A stretch of DNA of 64,000 bases from Marsupella aquatica (lineage: Eukaryota; Plantae; Marchantiophyta): contig OZ316899.1 of the NCBI GenBank assembly GCA_973895155.1, positions 10,691,135 to 10,755,134 on the forward strand, read 5' to 3'. The notes under the pieces are model-generated. The model ran no database searches, was not told where the DNA came from, and saw only the letters and a list, made by a program, of their open reading frames with translations. A program made the translations under genes and the position numbers. Positions 14,001 to 26,880 of the stretch are shown one piece after another (the first letter of the stretch is position 1; the number at the start of each line of letters is the position of its first letter).

Positions 14001-15709
14001 GCTTCAAGGCCGACCTCCGTGAGAAAGACGACCAGCTCGACCAGACTTATGCCAAGATGAATAAAAAGGAGTTTGAGGTCGTTACGGAGCTCGACAAGGA
14101 GCTTAGAGCAACCCAAGAGGAGAGGGCGACCTTAAAGAAGGAATTAGAGGAAGCCTAGAAGGAGCGGGAGGAGGCATGCAAGGACCTGGATGAATTACAT
14201 GAGGAGTTGGAGGAAAGCACGCGGAAGATGGAAAACTTACAGCGGCAAGCCGATAACCAAACAGAGCGGCTGAAGAAATAGGCCGCAATATTTAAGTGCT
14301 TGGCTTCCTTAGGACCAACTCCAATTGGGGCAACCAAGTTACCTGGTGTAGTACTGGCCGAAGGACAAGCCGAGACACTCGCACCGGTGCCGGAGGTAAG
14401 TGGCAAGGGGAAGGGGCCAGCTGCCGAACCAAAGAAGAAGAAGAAGTGGAAACCTTTTGGGTCAGGGAGTAATACGGCTCCTCAAGCCGTCGTGACCAAG
14501 GAGGTAAACCCAACACCAACCTCAGGCAGGGTCACGGTAGAGGATCCAACTGCCCTAGAAGGCGGGGATGATGAAGCCAGGGCCAGGATACTCGATGATG
14601 AAGCCGGGGTACCGGATCCATCACTAGAACATGTCGGGGAGGCCGTGGCCAATGCTGAGGCTGAAGCCGAGGGTGGACCCAATCAGGCCGATGGAGAGTT
14701 GACTCGGTCAGGAGTAGGTAATCTGTCAGAGGATGGACCTACGGTAGTGGCTACGGAGGAAGTGTTGGGGGCATCCATTGAGGACCAGACACCGCTGCCA
14801 TGACGGTGGTGGAGGGCCGCTCCTTTTGAGGAGGGCGGACGTGGAGGGAGGAGGCGTGAGTGGGCAGGGCGGGCTCAGATCTCCAAGTTTAGAATTAGGA
14901 TCAGGACCAAGGGGCGGCCCTGACACTTAGCTTAGTGGGATTGCGGATCCACTGGTAAGAGCAACACTTGTGTTCTTGCCTCGCTGTACATAGGTAGATT
15001 ACAGTTAGGTAGATTAGGCTTATGCTACAAGGAATTAGGCGGATCCACTACCAGGATAAGTACCTGGGCAGCGGGGAGTTCAGGGCCTTCTTCCTTAGCA
15101 AGTTTTTAGTGCACCAGCAGGGCTGGGATCAAGTAGTTAAAGAAGCTCTTGGTTAGTTATACTGTGACCCTTGTGTATATTCATGTTTCCTCATACCTAA
15201 GAAATGAATAGAGTTGGCCTCACGGCTTAGTTCGCAGATCTTGTATATGAGAAGTACTGTTTGTATGGCAAGTGCATGGTATAACTCAGTCAGAAGGAGT
15301 CATTTTGCTATTTGTGTGTCGCATTAACTTGTTTGAAGATTGCCCGCATCAACCAAGAAGGGAGTAAGCAAGGTAGTAAGAGTTGGATGTGTCGAGTTGA
15401 GAGAGGTCTTAGCGGCTTACCCAAGCCAGTTGGGGATCATCCCGGCGGCGGAATCCAAACATACCTAAAGGAAAACCGAGAGAGGAGGACAAGGGAAGGC
15501 CGAGAATAGGCCGGCTACGTATCTCATGACCCAACAAAGGATCTGTCCAGTATATGTGAGTAAAATGTTAATAGCAATAGTAGTAGAAGGAAGTTAGCAG
15601 CGTCCCATGCCGCTAAGCCGCGAAATCGGCCTCGCCAAGAGCGAAACCTGCGGGAATCGGTTTGAGCAGAGGGGTTTCTTGGGTTTAGGGAGCCATGGGA
15701 TGCACCACA
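11036..15709 (+). mobile_element. Family W giant solo LTR-like unit (4674 bp) containing a long ORF
   Basis: TGTGATGC...GCACCACA inverted termini and a perfect 5-bp TSD AAAGC (11031-11035 / 15710-15714). No gag/pol and no internal direct repeat. Confidence 0.85.
11153..14803 (+). pseudogene. Single-frame ORF of 1217 codons: plant-mobile-domain/Transposase_32-like core plus long coiled coil, disrupted by nonsense codons
   Basis: ORF pieces starting at 11588, 11951, 12173, 12662, 13352 and 14300 all share the frame of ATG 11153. Several stops are CAG/TGG->TAG relative to the open copy at 63129. Confidence 0.8.
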
Positions 15710-16008
15710 AAAGCCTTTTTGCAGTTGAATGGGGTCGGGGCTTCATTGTGTCTAAATTATGGGAGCAGGAATAATGATGGAATACTCACTAATGGTTTAA
15801 AATGGTATGACTAAACTATGATGCAATTCATGTGGAATGACATATGGTGTATCCAAAATCATTGGGTTGGATCCCATACTTTAAGGTTTAAGGGTTCAAA
15901 TGTTGTGTTCTCATAACTTGTAGTCTAATGTAGAGTCACTTGTATACTTCAACCTAATTGCCTTAACTGAGTTACAGTTGCAACTTTCCTAAAAGTTGCA
16001 AACATGAT

Positions 16009-17497
16009 AGTTGCGGAACTCGCCTACCTTAACACTTAGCTCCGGTGTCGCTGACTCCAACGCCAAGCTCCCTTATGGTCCAGGCCCGGATAGGCCATTC
16101 GGGGAGGACTTAGCATGGGGAGACTTCTGGGCAATGAGACGTGGCACTGGCAAAGGCAAAGCGCCAAGCTGGTGACACACACTAAGGACTTAGGCTAGTT
16201 GAGAGCTGGTCAGAGCAAGGGGAAAAGGGACCGGGCTCAAGGTTGACCGTCCGGACCCCCAATAGACTTTGAGTTCTGAGGGCTTGAGTATGAGCTCCTC
16301 TTGGGCCCAAGGCCAATGGAGTTGACGCCATGGGCTACGGATGCTTGGGGCGTGAGTTATGACCTATTCTGGGTTTGGCCGATCGGGCACCTTGAGCGGC
16401 TATGGGACCTGAGGGCCTAGGCATGAGCACTGGGTCGGCCCAATCACAATGGGCTAAGGCACTCCGCTTGCGGACGCCTAACGAGAAAGTTATGGGCGTT
16501 GTCAGTTGGTGGCGCGCCCAATATGCGAGATAGGGTCCGGGTTGGGGGCCAGAAGTTTAGGGACCAAAGCTGGTCCGGGGGTGGCAGGTCTCCAAAACCA
16601 TATATGAGGGGAGTGGTGTCTCCCTGGGGGCTAAAGGCGAGCCAAAGTCGTGAGCCGCGGCAGTTGCGACACTAAGGGAAAATGCCAAACGGAAACGACA
16701 ATATCTTCCCAACGGGAAGTCTGTTGGAGGACTTCTTGGGTGCGTTGGAAATCTCTCAAGGAGGGCTACGTCCTCCTGAGCTTAGCTGGGTCTGGGGGCA
16801 CCATGGGTTCTCAAGGTTTGCGGGTGTTAGCTCACCCTCTTGCCAAATTCTGCCAAAATAGCAGCCAAGCCGCGTTCAGTCTCCCAAGGGAGCTTGCGTT
16901 GGGGAGGCAAGGCCAAGTAGTCTTGGAGGGTGAGTTCCAAGGGTGCTTGGCTCCTAGATCATCAGTGGGGCAAGAACCGGGAGCTGGTTGCCTAAGTCGG
17001 GGTCATTATGGTCCAGACGTGTTGGGACAAGCTTTAGGACAAGCTACTCTTTTTGGGCCATGAGAATGTCCTAGGGGTTAGGGCGGTCAGTTGGTGAAGG
17101 ATAGGTATGAGAGGGAACCTGGGCCGCGCCCAAAGAAGGAGTTGTTTTGGACGAATAGTGGACGTGGGTTCTGGTTCCGGCTTATGGCATCAGGAGGACC
17201 TATTGCTGACGTATTTACCAATGCTTGTTGAGCTTGAGTTAGGATGCTAGACTTGGAGAGATCTAGATCCTGAAGGGGTACTTACCGAGATGCTTGGTTG
17301 CTTGTGCGGACAGCGAGGACCGTTGAGTAGCGATCGTGTTAGAGAGCAAGTGCGGCTTTGTATGGGAGGGGCCGCGGGTGGTGCAAGGGGCACTAGAGTG
17401 CTTGCTTGAGGTATTCCGTGGAGGCATTCGAGCACAAGGGGCACTTAAGCGTGGGTGTCGGGATTGGTGAGGGCGCTGGGTGGCAAGGTCCACCACT
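16009..17497 (+). mobile_element. Solo LTR (1489 bp) with AGT...ACT termini
   Basis: Homologous to 2756-4226. Flanked by ATGAT / ATGAC (5-bp TSD with one transition). Confidence 0.85.
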
Positions 17498-17929
17498 ATG
17501 ACTCCCCAAAACTTTACCAAAACTCAGTCAAGAAGGTGTGACTAGCATGACACCAACCACCTTGGAGTTGCTGTTTCATGAAGGTCTCAAAAAGGATGGA
17601 TTTCTTCTAATGGGGTAAAGTAAATTAGGCTGGTCTATATCCTTCTTCTAATTAATGTTTCCCCATAATTGTGGTCATTTGTCTATGCGAAGGGGTGATT
17701 TGTGAAAAAATAATTCTTACATTTTAGAATTGTATGGAAAGTGTCACTATCAATTATACAACTCCTTGCATCATCTAGTGATATGGGTTGGGTTTATGAT
17801 GGATCATATGGATCTCTGGGAGGGCTTCTTCTTGTGTGTACGCTTCCAAGCATTCCTCATTCTCTAGGAATGTTATGTGAGACTCTTGTTTATATCAGCC
17901 TATTCATTAAAAGTGTATTATTATTTGAT

Positions 17930-18260
17930 TTATGTACATTTTGGCAGTGAAAAGTGTACTTTTGGGCTTGGAAAAGTGTACATTTGGCCAATGAAAAGTG
18001 TACATTTGGGGATAGAAAAGTTTACAATTGGCCTAAAGAGTGTACATTTGGGCAATGAAAAGTGTAAATTTGAACATCAAAATAGATACATTTGGCTTTA
18101 AAAGTGTACATTTGAGTACATTTGGCCTAGAAAGTGTACATTTGAGTGCAAAATGCATACATTTGGCTTAACAAGTGTACATTTAAGTGCATTTGGTCTA
18201 GAAAGTGTAACTTTTAGTGCAATAAAGTGTACATTTGGCCTAAAAAGTGTACATTTGCCT
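17930..18260. repeat. Array of the AAGTGTACATTT motif (~22-bp period)
   Basis: About a dozen copies. The same motif recurs in the same orientation at 36565-36680. Confidence 0.85.
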
Positions 18261-18508
18261 ACCAACTCTTATTATAATCATTTAAAAGAAAGGAATGAAT
18301 AGAAAAACATTTTTAATTATGTAGAAAAAGCAAACATTCATATTTATAATGATCAAAAGTTTAGAAAATGAGGAGATAATATCACATTAAAACTATTAGA
18401 ATAGTAAATCACTAGTACATAAATTACTATGTTTGAATGAGTGACTATCTTAGTTACATAAAAACTAGTAACTATCTATTTAATTATTATAGCTTCTAAC
18501 AACTAAGT

Positions 18509-21500
18509 CTACTTGTCCATACTTTGAAGATAATTTTGGACAGTTTGTAGAACATTTCGAGGGATCTTCAAACCTCTGCCCGCCATGTTTTCTTATTTCA
18601 TTCCAGATTTAAAACCATACATTGCAGAATTTGCATACTGCCAATGTTGAGTATTCTCACCAAACCCTGGATCTCGTTCCCATGTCTTAGTGGACATGAA
18701 ACAATTTAGATACCGCGCACTCTCAGTCACATCAAGTTTACTAGAGTGTTTAGGCCTCCACCATTCAACTGGGAACATTGGAGCGTACTGTCGAGGCAGA
18801 GAAGGGTTTGTTGAAGATGTAGTTGGGACTTCATGCTTTGGGTCCACCAAACCCAAAGCTCTCACCAACCAGAAATGACCTCCACCATTTTTATTCTCCC
18901 AGTCATCCTCGGGTCGAAGAAATACAAAGTTTCCTTCACAAATATCTTGTAAAGGAATCCATCGTCCTTGTTCTCTCTCAGCTCGAGATCCAACAAATGG
19001 TGCTGCTTGATCTTCCATCTCTTCCAAGACCTCATTTTGAAGAGCCGTCATCTCTGCATTCTCCTCATCTTCACTTGGAGGACCACTTTGTTCCGGTTGG
19101 TTGACCTTGTAACCAGTGTCGTGGTTAGTCTTAGGCCAAAATCTGTTTTCCAAGGGAAATTGAGTACTTCCCTCCCCTTCTAGTGCGAGCCCATTTGTCA
19201 ACAACTCCACAATTCTCTCCCAATATTTCACAAGAGGAAATCTTTCCTTATATGCTATAGATGTCTCATCAGTGCAACTCCTTCTCAAAAAATCAAGGTA
19301 CTTGTTAAGAAATGGGATAATCTCTTCAGATTTTTTGTGTATCTCTCCAATGGATTTAGCTAAGGGCTCTCCACTTGGTAAAAGAAGAGAATTTGTTGTC
19401 AGATCTGTTGCCCAAATGCACCTTCCACCAACTGGAGCCCAAGCTTGCTTTACATGGGACTTATACTGAAATATTGGTACATTATCTCTCATAGAGAAAA
19501 GAAATGATACAGGTTTTGAGTGACCTTGAATATCTTTCACCTTGAAAGTTTGAAGATATTCTTTGTAAGATGCAACTTCTTGTATCAATCTGGGAACTGG
19601 ATGAATGCTCTCGCATTCCCATACCTCTGCCATAAGAGCAAGGAGGGTTGCAACTTCTTTGTGCTGAACTTGATATGATACCTTTGAAAAGAGTGCATCA
19701 ACATCTTCATGCGTATGACCAACCATTAGAAAAGACATTTGAACAGTTTCAAATACTCCTCTACTCACAAGCTCGCTACAAAATGCCATGACAGTCTGGT
19801 TTTTGTTGTCCTTTGCTGAATTATCCATCTGCAATGTTAGGTGCCTTGGCAAGGGCTTGAACGATGGACTGCCTTGCTCTCCTTGCATGTCTTCTCCATC
19901 ATCCTCATCTTGCTGGTTTGGGACGGTCTCAGTCCGACTCTCAGCTCCATCTTCAGAACCAATATACCTATTCACCGGTATATTCTTTGGTTCCAAATAA
20001 CCCGTCAAAAATGCTTCAAAGTCAAGTAGGGCTTGAAAGAAAGGTCTGTGAGGTTCCCAATGAAGGCCATCCAACATGTCACCTGTCTTGTCTCCATTGT
20101 ACTCTTCAAGGTCTCGAAGACACTTAGCCAAGGATGTCACCGTGAAATTGGCATCTCCTGGCCAAAGGCCAGTGACACTAAAGTGTGCATAAACTCTTGG
20201 ATCCCTCCCGTGGGTCAACATCCCTGTGAGAGCAATAGGTAGCGGCATTCCATGACCCGAAAGAGATTTAGGAGTACTAACCATTTTTGGAATCCATGTC
20301 TTTGCTTGATCCATCTTGTCGTGAATAATGCAAAGATATTCTCCTGGGTGTTGTTTGGCCATCACTCGCTGAGCGTAGTAAACATATCTACGTGACATTT
20401 GCTCACGAAGATGTTGCGCTCGTTTTTCTTCAATTTCAGCACGTTCTTTTTTCCTTCTTTCTCGCATCAAACTGTCTTTGTATTCACAACAAAGAGTACA
20501 CTTGGCAAATGCACCATCTTTATGAAAACTGAAGTTTGCAAATGAGTTACTCCAGATCTTGTAGAGAGTATTCTCTGTGACAGGAGGAAGCCCTTCTTCC
20601 TTCATCTTTGTTCTCACATCTTCCAGAATCTCTAGCTTTTTGTAACACGCCGGAAGACGGTACTCAATAGAGTCTGTCCCATGTGCCCCTCCATAAGGCA
20701 TATGAGGCATGGGCTCTGCATTTTGAGTCAAAAAAGCCTCCAACAGAGCTCGTGCATGCAAGGTATTTGCCCTTGTTTTCATCAAGCCCGTATTGCCATG
20801 GAACCCAATTTTGCAACCCTCCACATATCTCCTTTTGTAATCATAATATTTGGTGTGGCTAAAACTGTGGATAATTGCAAATGCATGTCTGCATACGACC
20901 ATACCCTTAAGAACATGGTGTCCCTTATCACGAACATCATCCTCTCTATAGTGAAAGAGGTTGAAAATGTGTGACGTTTTTGACTCGCTTGACATCCCAT
21001 GAAATTCCATCCTAATATCTTCGATGTTTTCCCTTGGCATAATGAGACAACATTTTTGCTTGCAACAATTTTCTCTTTTCACGTCATCAATTGACGCCTC
21101 TGTTGTTTTTGAAATTGCCTTGGTTTCCAACAACCTCCTCTTCTTTTCATTTGGATCTACTTGATTCCTCTTGTTAAAATTGTAGGGCCTTGAACGCAGT
21201 ACTCCTCTATCACTTACATCCGCATTGAGTTCATCCCTATCCATTGAGTCCATCCTTTCAGAACCTTCCACCAAAATGTCTGACAAAAATTTTCCATTTG
21301 CAACTAGTTTTGTTGAATCAATCCGCCATCGAATCAAACTCACTACTCCCTTGTGGATGTTGGGAAAGTATTGTGCTGCCACGACATCTTTCACAGCAAT
21401 CCCAACATGGTCATCACCAAGAATTTCATCATCAACTGCCGCCGTCACTTGAGGGACAGTGATCGTTCCCGTGGCAACCATTTTGGTTCGATCCAAACCA

Positions 21501-22285
21501 GTGTAGAGTTCAACCAACTCTGACATCCAGTTTGCCCGATGAAAATAGTCACACTTAGTGTCTGTGGTGTTTGCCGAACAAGACTGTGAAACAAAATCCG
21601 CCTTGTCCTTCTGCTTCTTAGAGGAAGATTTGTTGCTCCCATCGATGTCAACATTCCATACTTTATTGTGGACGTCAGCCACATCCCATAGAACCCAGGA
21701 GCCCTTTGCCTCTTCAATTGTTGCAGCTCCACCATGTGCATAAGGTAAAGTCTTACTACCATGAATCGCATCTGTGATTTTTACACTAACCCGAGACTCA
21801 CCGAGTAATATGTTATGACATCTCTCCATTGGATCAGTCTTGAAAACAACTCCAAAGGCCACACAATGGCCAGAGATAAACATTTCAACCTCATCACCTG
21901 GCCTTAGGGTGGTCGAAGCATCCTCCTGTACATTTGCAGAATTATGGATGTTGTTATCTTTTCGAGTCGAACAACTACCAATACTGATGCGTTTTTGAGT
22001 AATCTTATCCGCAGATCGATATGCACATGACATATCCCAAATGACACATGAGTCAATGGCATCATGAAGATTTTCCGCCCTAGGCATTGGAAAAGGGAGC
22101 TTCCTGGTCTCACCAAAGGCCTTCTCAATGAGAACCCCAATTCGATTCTCTCCCAGCACAATATTTTGAACACTCTCTTGCGGATCTGTCTTTTGAACTG
22201 TCCCATTTCCAACGTCGTAACCATCCATTGTCAAGGTCACATCATCGCCCCTAGAAAACCTTTGAGACATCCTTTTCCTATTATC
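18509..22285 (-). CDS. DUF7869 / Sola-like DDD transposase with three N-terminal En/Spm Tnp1 (Transposase_23)-like repeats; main exon
   Basis: 1232-aa ORF with CTLC zinc motif, IIHDKMDQ, LQMDNSAKDNKN and SFLMVGHTHEDVDALFS. Splice acceptor TTTTCAGTGTGCAG at 22286. TAA at 18593 is followed by 27 more open codons to TAG at 18509, so it may be premature. Confidence 0.75.
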
Positions 22286-22335
22286 CTGCACACTGAAAAA
22301 AATGGATTAAAACCAAAGTCATGCAAATTTTGATT

Positions 22336-23125
22336 CAGACTGCGATCCTCAAAGTCTGGATTTGGACTACGATCCTTCAATTCCGGATTTGGACCGGGAC
22401 CATCCAAGTCCGGATTTGGACTACGATCCTCTGATTCTGGATTTGGACTAGGACCATCCGAGTCCGGATTTTGACCGGGACCATCCAAGTCCGGATTTGG
22501 ACTGCAATCCTCCGAGTCTAGATTTGGACTATGATCCTCCGATTATGGATTTGGACTGGGACCATCCGAGTCCGGATTTGGACTGGAATCCTCCGAGTCT
22601 GGATTTGGAGTACGATCCTCCGATTCTGGATTTGGACTGGGACCATCCTAGTCTGGATTTGGACTGGGACCATCCTAGTCCAAAGTTGGACTAGGACCAT
22701 CCCAATCCAAACTTGGACTCGGACCATCCCAATCCAAACTAGGACTTGGACCATCCAAGTCCAAACTTGGACTCGGACCATCCCAATCCAAAGTTGGACT
22801 CGCACCATCCTAATCCAAACTTGGACTCGGACCATCCCAATCCAAAGTTGGACTTGAACCATCCTAATCCAAACTTGGACTCGGACCATCCCAATCCAAA
22901 CTAGGACTTGGACCATCCAAGTCCAAACTTGGACTCGGACCATCCCAATCCAAACTAGGACTTGGACCATCCAAGTTTAAACTTGGACTCGGACCATCCC
23001 AATCCGAACTTGGACTCAGATGATCCTAATCCAAACATGGACTCGGATGATCCCAATCCAAAGTTGGACTCGGATGATCCTAGTCCACATCCGAATCCAA
23101 ACTTGGACTAGGACCATCCTAGACC
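22336..23125. repeat. 30-bp tandem array (~26 units) of a hairpin/palindrome, upstream of (probably intronic to) the transposase exon
   Basis: Core TTGGACTnGGA-CCA-TCCnAnTCCAA, perfect in some units (TTGGACTAGGACCATCCTAG at ~23104). Confidence 0.9.
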
Positions 23126-23799
23126 AACCCATAATGTAACGGGAGATAAACTTCAAACATTTTAAGCTAAGAAAATTCCAAATTTAGGAAGACTCCGTAT
23201 TTTACGGATCTCCCTATATGGTGTAGCCTAAAGTTTGCGTGGTCTTAAGGTAGACCCTAATGTCTACATACAGTTTCATGAAATAATGAAACCTAGCCTT
23301 ATATTTGAATGCATTAACCTTATACTCACCTTAGTATTAAGATCTGGTAGAATATGAATATCACATCCAAGGGGGATACATTGTTGTCTGTAGATTGGTA
23401 AAAACTTTCCCAAAACCCTGAAATACAAGCTATATGCCACTAAATCTTGGGAGTAAAAAACAAACTGAACCCTAAACCACACATGTCTGTAAAAGATAAA
23501 CTGAGAGGACCCCAAAAGTCAAGAAGCTGGCTAAGCTGACCCATTGAAGGTAAGTGGCTCAATACATAACACTTTAAGAGAAACTCCGGATTACATGGAG
23601 CTTAGATTTGGGAAACTAGAACAAGAATGAGCTCCGAAGTGGGCGTCTCCCGAAATATACCCTTTGCTCGAGTCGGCTCAAACGGAAATCGCGTGAAGAT
23701 AAGGGTTGAGTACCCCTTCACCTTAGCTTGCGGCACACCTTATCTTCACGAGCTTAATTGCACGGGGACTACCGTGCAAGGCTGTTAGGTAGGCAGGAC

Positions 23800-24181
23800 A
23801 TCAAGGAAGGAGGCCCGTATGCAGGGTGCGGGCAACGGGCCGTACGCAGGAGCAGGCCGTACGCACTATCAGGCCGTACGTAGGAGAAGGAGGCAACCGG
23901 CCGTACGCAGGCCGGGGTGAGGCAGGAGGGGGTAAAGGGACAAAGAGGTCCAGCCAGGACCTCATTCTCATTCTCACTCTTTCGCTCCTCACTCTGCTCA
24001 CGCTCTCCACTCTCCGCCTCCGCTCTCTACTCTTTGCCTCCACTCGCTCGCTCTCCTCGCTCTTTGCTCTCCGCTCTCTCTCCGCCTCCGCCTGCTTCCG
24101 CCTCCACCTCCATTCTTTTTCATTGCCCTAAATCGGACGCCTGCTAAGAAGCCACGTGTCACTCTGCCACATGTCAGAAAG
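23800..24181. promoter_or_regulatory. Putative divergent promoter region between the transposase and the ParB-MTase-like gene
   Basis: GC-rich block with 4 copies of GGCCGTACG (23838-23907), a CT-rich Y-patch (23960-24120) and a G-box GCCACGTGTC at 24151. Confidence 0.45.
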
Positions 24182-24344
24182 ATGGAAGCGAATCGCGTCC
24201 TTGTGAAGTCCTCCGTGGAAGCAACAGAGGAGTTTGACCTCTCCTCTATGAGCGATAGTGTAGAACTGGCACTTGAAGACTCCAGACAATTTCAATCAAG
24301 AATCCCTAGTAAGTATCCATCACCTATCCTCCCTAAGTCTTAGA

Positions 24345-24685
24345 GGACTGGGACCATCCGAGTCCAAAGTTGGACTCGGATGATCCCAATCCAAACTTGG
24401 ACTCGGACCATCCCAATCCGAACTTGGACTCAGATGATCCTAATCCAAACATGGACTCGGATGATCCCAATCCAAAGTTGGACTCGGATGATCCCAGTCC
24501 AAAGTTGGACTCGGATGATCCCAATCCGAACTTGGACTCAGATGATCCTAATTCAAACGTGGACTCGGATGATCCCAATCCAAACTTGGACTCGGATGAT
24601 CCTAATCCATCCAGGAGATTGAATCTCGATTGTAGGAGCAAGTCTAAAACCATCTCAAGTTGGACTAGGACCATCCTAATCCAAC
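24345..24685. repeat. 30-bp palindrome array in intron 1 (24309-24747)
   Basis: About 10 units of TTGGACTCGGATGATCCCAATCCAAAC, the same family as 22336-23125. Confidence 0.9.
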
Positions 24686-26533
24686 AAGAGTTATTCAAAT
24701 GTTTTAAACTTAATAAGTCTAACATGGATGACGTTTTTATGATGCAGGGAGCGATCTTGTTGGTTTCAAACCCGCGATTGCACCGACCGACTGCCGGGAC
24801 GGATTCTTACTAGATGAGAGATCCCCAGGCTTCCGATGGGGGCTTGAGTTCTCAAGAACCCCGCTTAATAATGAAGTGCCATCAAGCACGATTGAACCTA
24901 TTTTGACCTTAAAGTCCAGAGCAAATGATAGCCTGACTTTGGTTTGCGGACCTGTGGTCTCTGTTGGCATTGGAGGGAGAGGGATGAATTCGGTCATTCT
25001 GGAGATGCACGATAGGCCATGCTGGGTTAAAGTTAACCTTATGTCAAAGGCATACTCCTCAGAATTCAATGTCGAATGGCACGCAAGTGGTGAATTGAGC
25101 GTTTTGTCAATGGGATTTTTTCCAAAGACATATGACACAAAGAAGTTGGTCATCGGGGTAACTGGTATGCTTCCAGTCGACATTATGTATGGGTTTCAAT
25201 ATTTGAAACTCAACATGATGAAGCACCAAGGCAATTTCTCTTTTGCAACTACTTGGACGTTAAGCAATTTACTTGAGAAAGTTGGATTGTTATCGTTGGA
25301 GTCAGAGGAGCCTGGTGTTTTAATTGATAAGGATGTTGCATTTGATCCCAACTTTGATTTAGTCAAAGCAAAGCAATGGATAGAATCTTTGTCAAAGACG
25401 AGAAACCTTCCAACGGTGAATACAAACCCTGTGCCCGAGAAGGCGCCAGAGAAAGCTCCAGAACCTACAACAGAGACCGCGGGAACTACAGCAGCAACCT
25501 CTCAAAGAGCAGTGGGAAAACAAAAACAAAGCCAAAGGAAACCTCCGGTTGAAAAGAAACTTCCAGTTGAGAAGCCGGTTGAGAAGCCGAGTACGAGAAG
25601 CCGAGTTCAGAAGCCAGTTGAGAAGCCGAGTACGAGAAGCCAAGTTGAGAAGCCAGTTGAGAAGAAACGTCCGGTTGAGAAGCCAAGTGCAAGTGAAAAG
25701 AGGCCAAGACAAAAGAAGAAACAGAAAATTGACAATGCCATCATGGATGACACTACAGAAAACCTGACAGTGCATTCACAAGATATGGACGAGCAGTTGG
25801 ACGCTCCTGAGGAGAAGAAGGTCTTAGAAGGTAATGAGGTACTGCAACAAATGGAGCAATATTATACGTTTGGGATCAATTCGATATTTTCTATTCCCGT
25901 AGAGAGTATTTTCCCTGCGTCGGCAAGACTCTGTTACAGAATGTTGAATGCAGACCATGTAAAGGAGGTGGCCAATTCCATGATAAGAAATCCGGGGCAT
26001 GAACCACACATAGCAGACTTGATTCCTTACACTACAAAACATAGAAACCTAATGCAATATGACAACACGGAATCAGATAGGAGGGACTTTGTAGCAGCCG
26101 TGAAAAAGGGGGAGGTTCAATTCCTTGCCATTAGCGGTCAACATTCGGCCAGAGCAGCCAGATGGATTCGAGAATGGGCAAACAAGGATGCCAAGCTAAC
26201 AGCATTGGCAAAAAAGCTGGAATTTCGAAAGTCAAGAATATTATCTCATCGAACACCATCGTCAATATTAGTTGAGCATTCAATGCGATCTAATGCTATC
26301 AATAGCACGATGGTGTTTCAGTCATGCTTCAAAGATACAGTCGTTCATGCTAGGCGGCAATTTGTGGAATGTGGAAAACCTAGCCGGCCAAAACATGGGG
26401 ACAACAAAACAAACGCTCAAGACAATCAAAAATTTCAGGTACGAAGTGTTACTGCTTGATTGGTACAATACCGTAGACTCTCCATGTGTGATTACAATTG
26501 AGATGGTAGTCTTTGACCACAAAGCTTCAAGTT

Positions 26534-26880
26534 TGCTTTGGATTGAGATGGTCCGAGTCCAAATGGATACATTCACATTCAGTAGAATATTTCCACTGAT
26601 ATCGTCTAGTTTTGTGTTGGACTGGGATGGTCCCAGTCTAAATGGATTCATGCACATTCAATAGACTATTTCCACTGATATTGTCTAGTTTTGTGTTGGA
26701 CTGGGATGGTCCCAGTCCAAATGGATTCATGCACATTCAGTAGAATATTTCTCCACTGATACCGTCTAGTTTTGTTTTGGATTGGGATGGTCCTAGTCCA
26801 AACTAAATCATGCACATTCAATATAATATTTCCACTGATACTGTCTAGTTCTGTGTTGGACTGGGATGGTCTGAGTCCGC
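26534..26880. repeat. ~80-bp tandem repeat (4-5 units) in intron 2, each unit carrying the same palindrome in reverse orientation
   Basis: TTGGACTGGGATGGTCCCAGTCCAA core. CCACTGAT anchors at 26593, 26672, 26753 and 26832. Confidence 0.9.

Noticed and set aside
22336-23125. Palindromic 30-bp repeats resembling a CRISPR array
   Set aside because: The units are contiguous with no unique spacers, there are no cas genes, and the context is eukaryotic.
22237-24813. Repetitive ORFs (WTRTIPIQ..., DSDDPNPNL...)
   Set aside because: They are translations of the 30-bp arrays, which lie in an intron or upstream of a splice acceptor.
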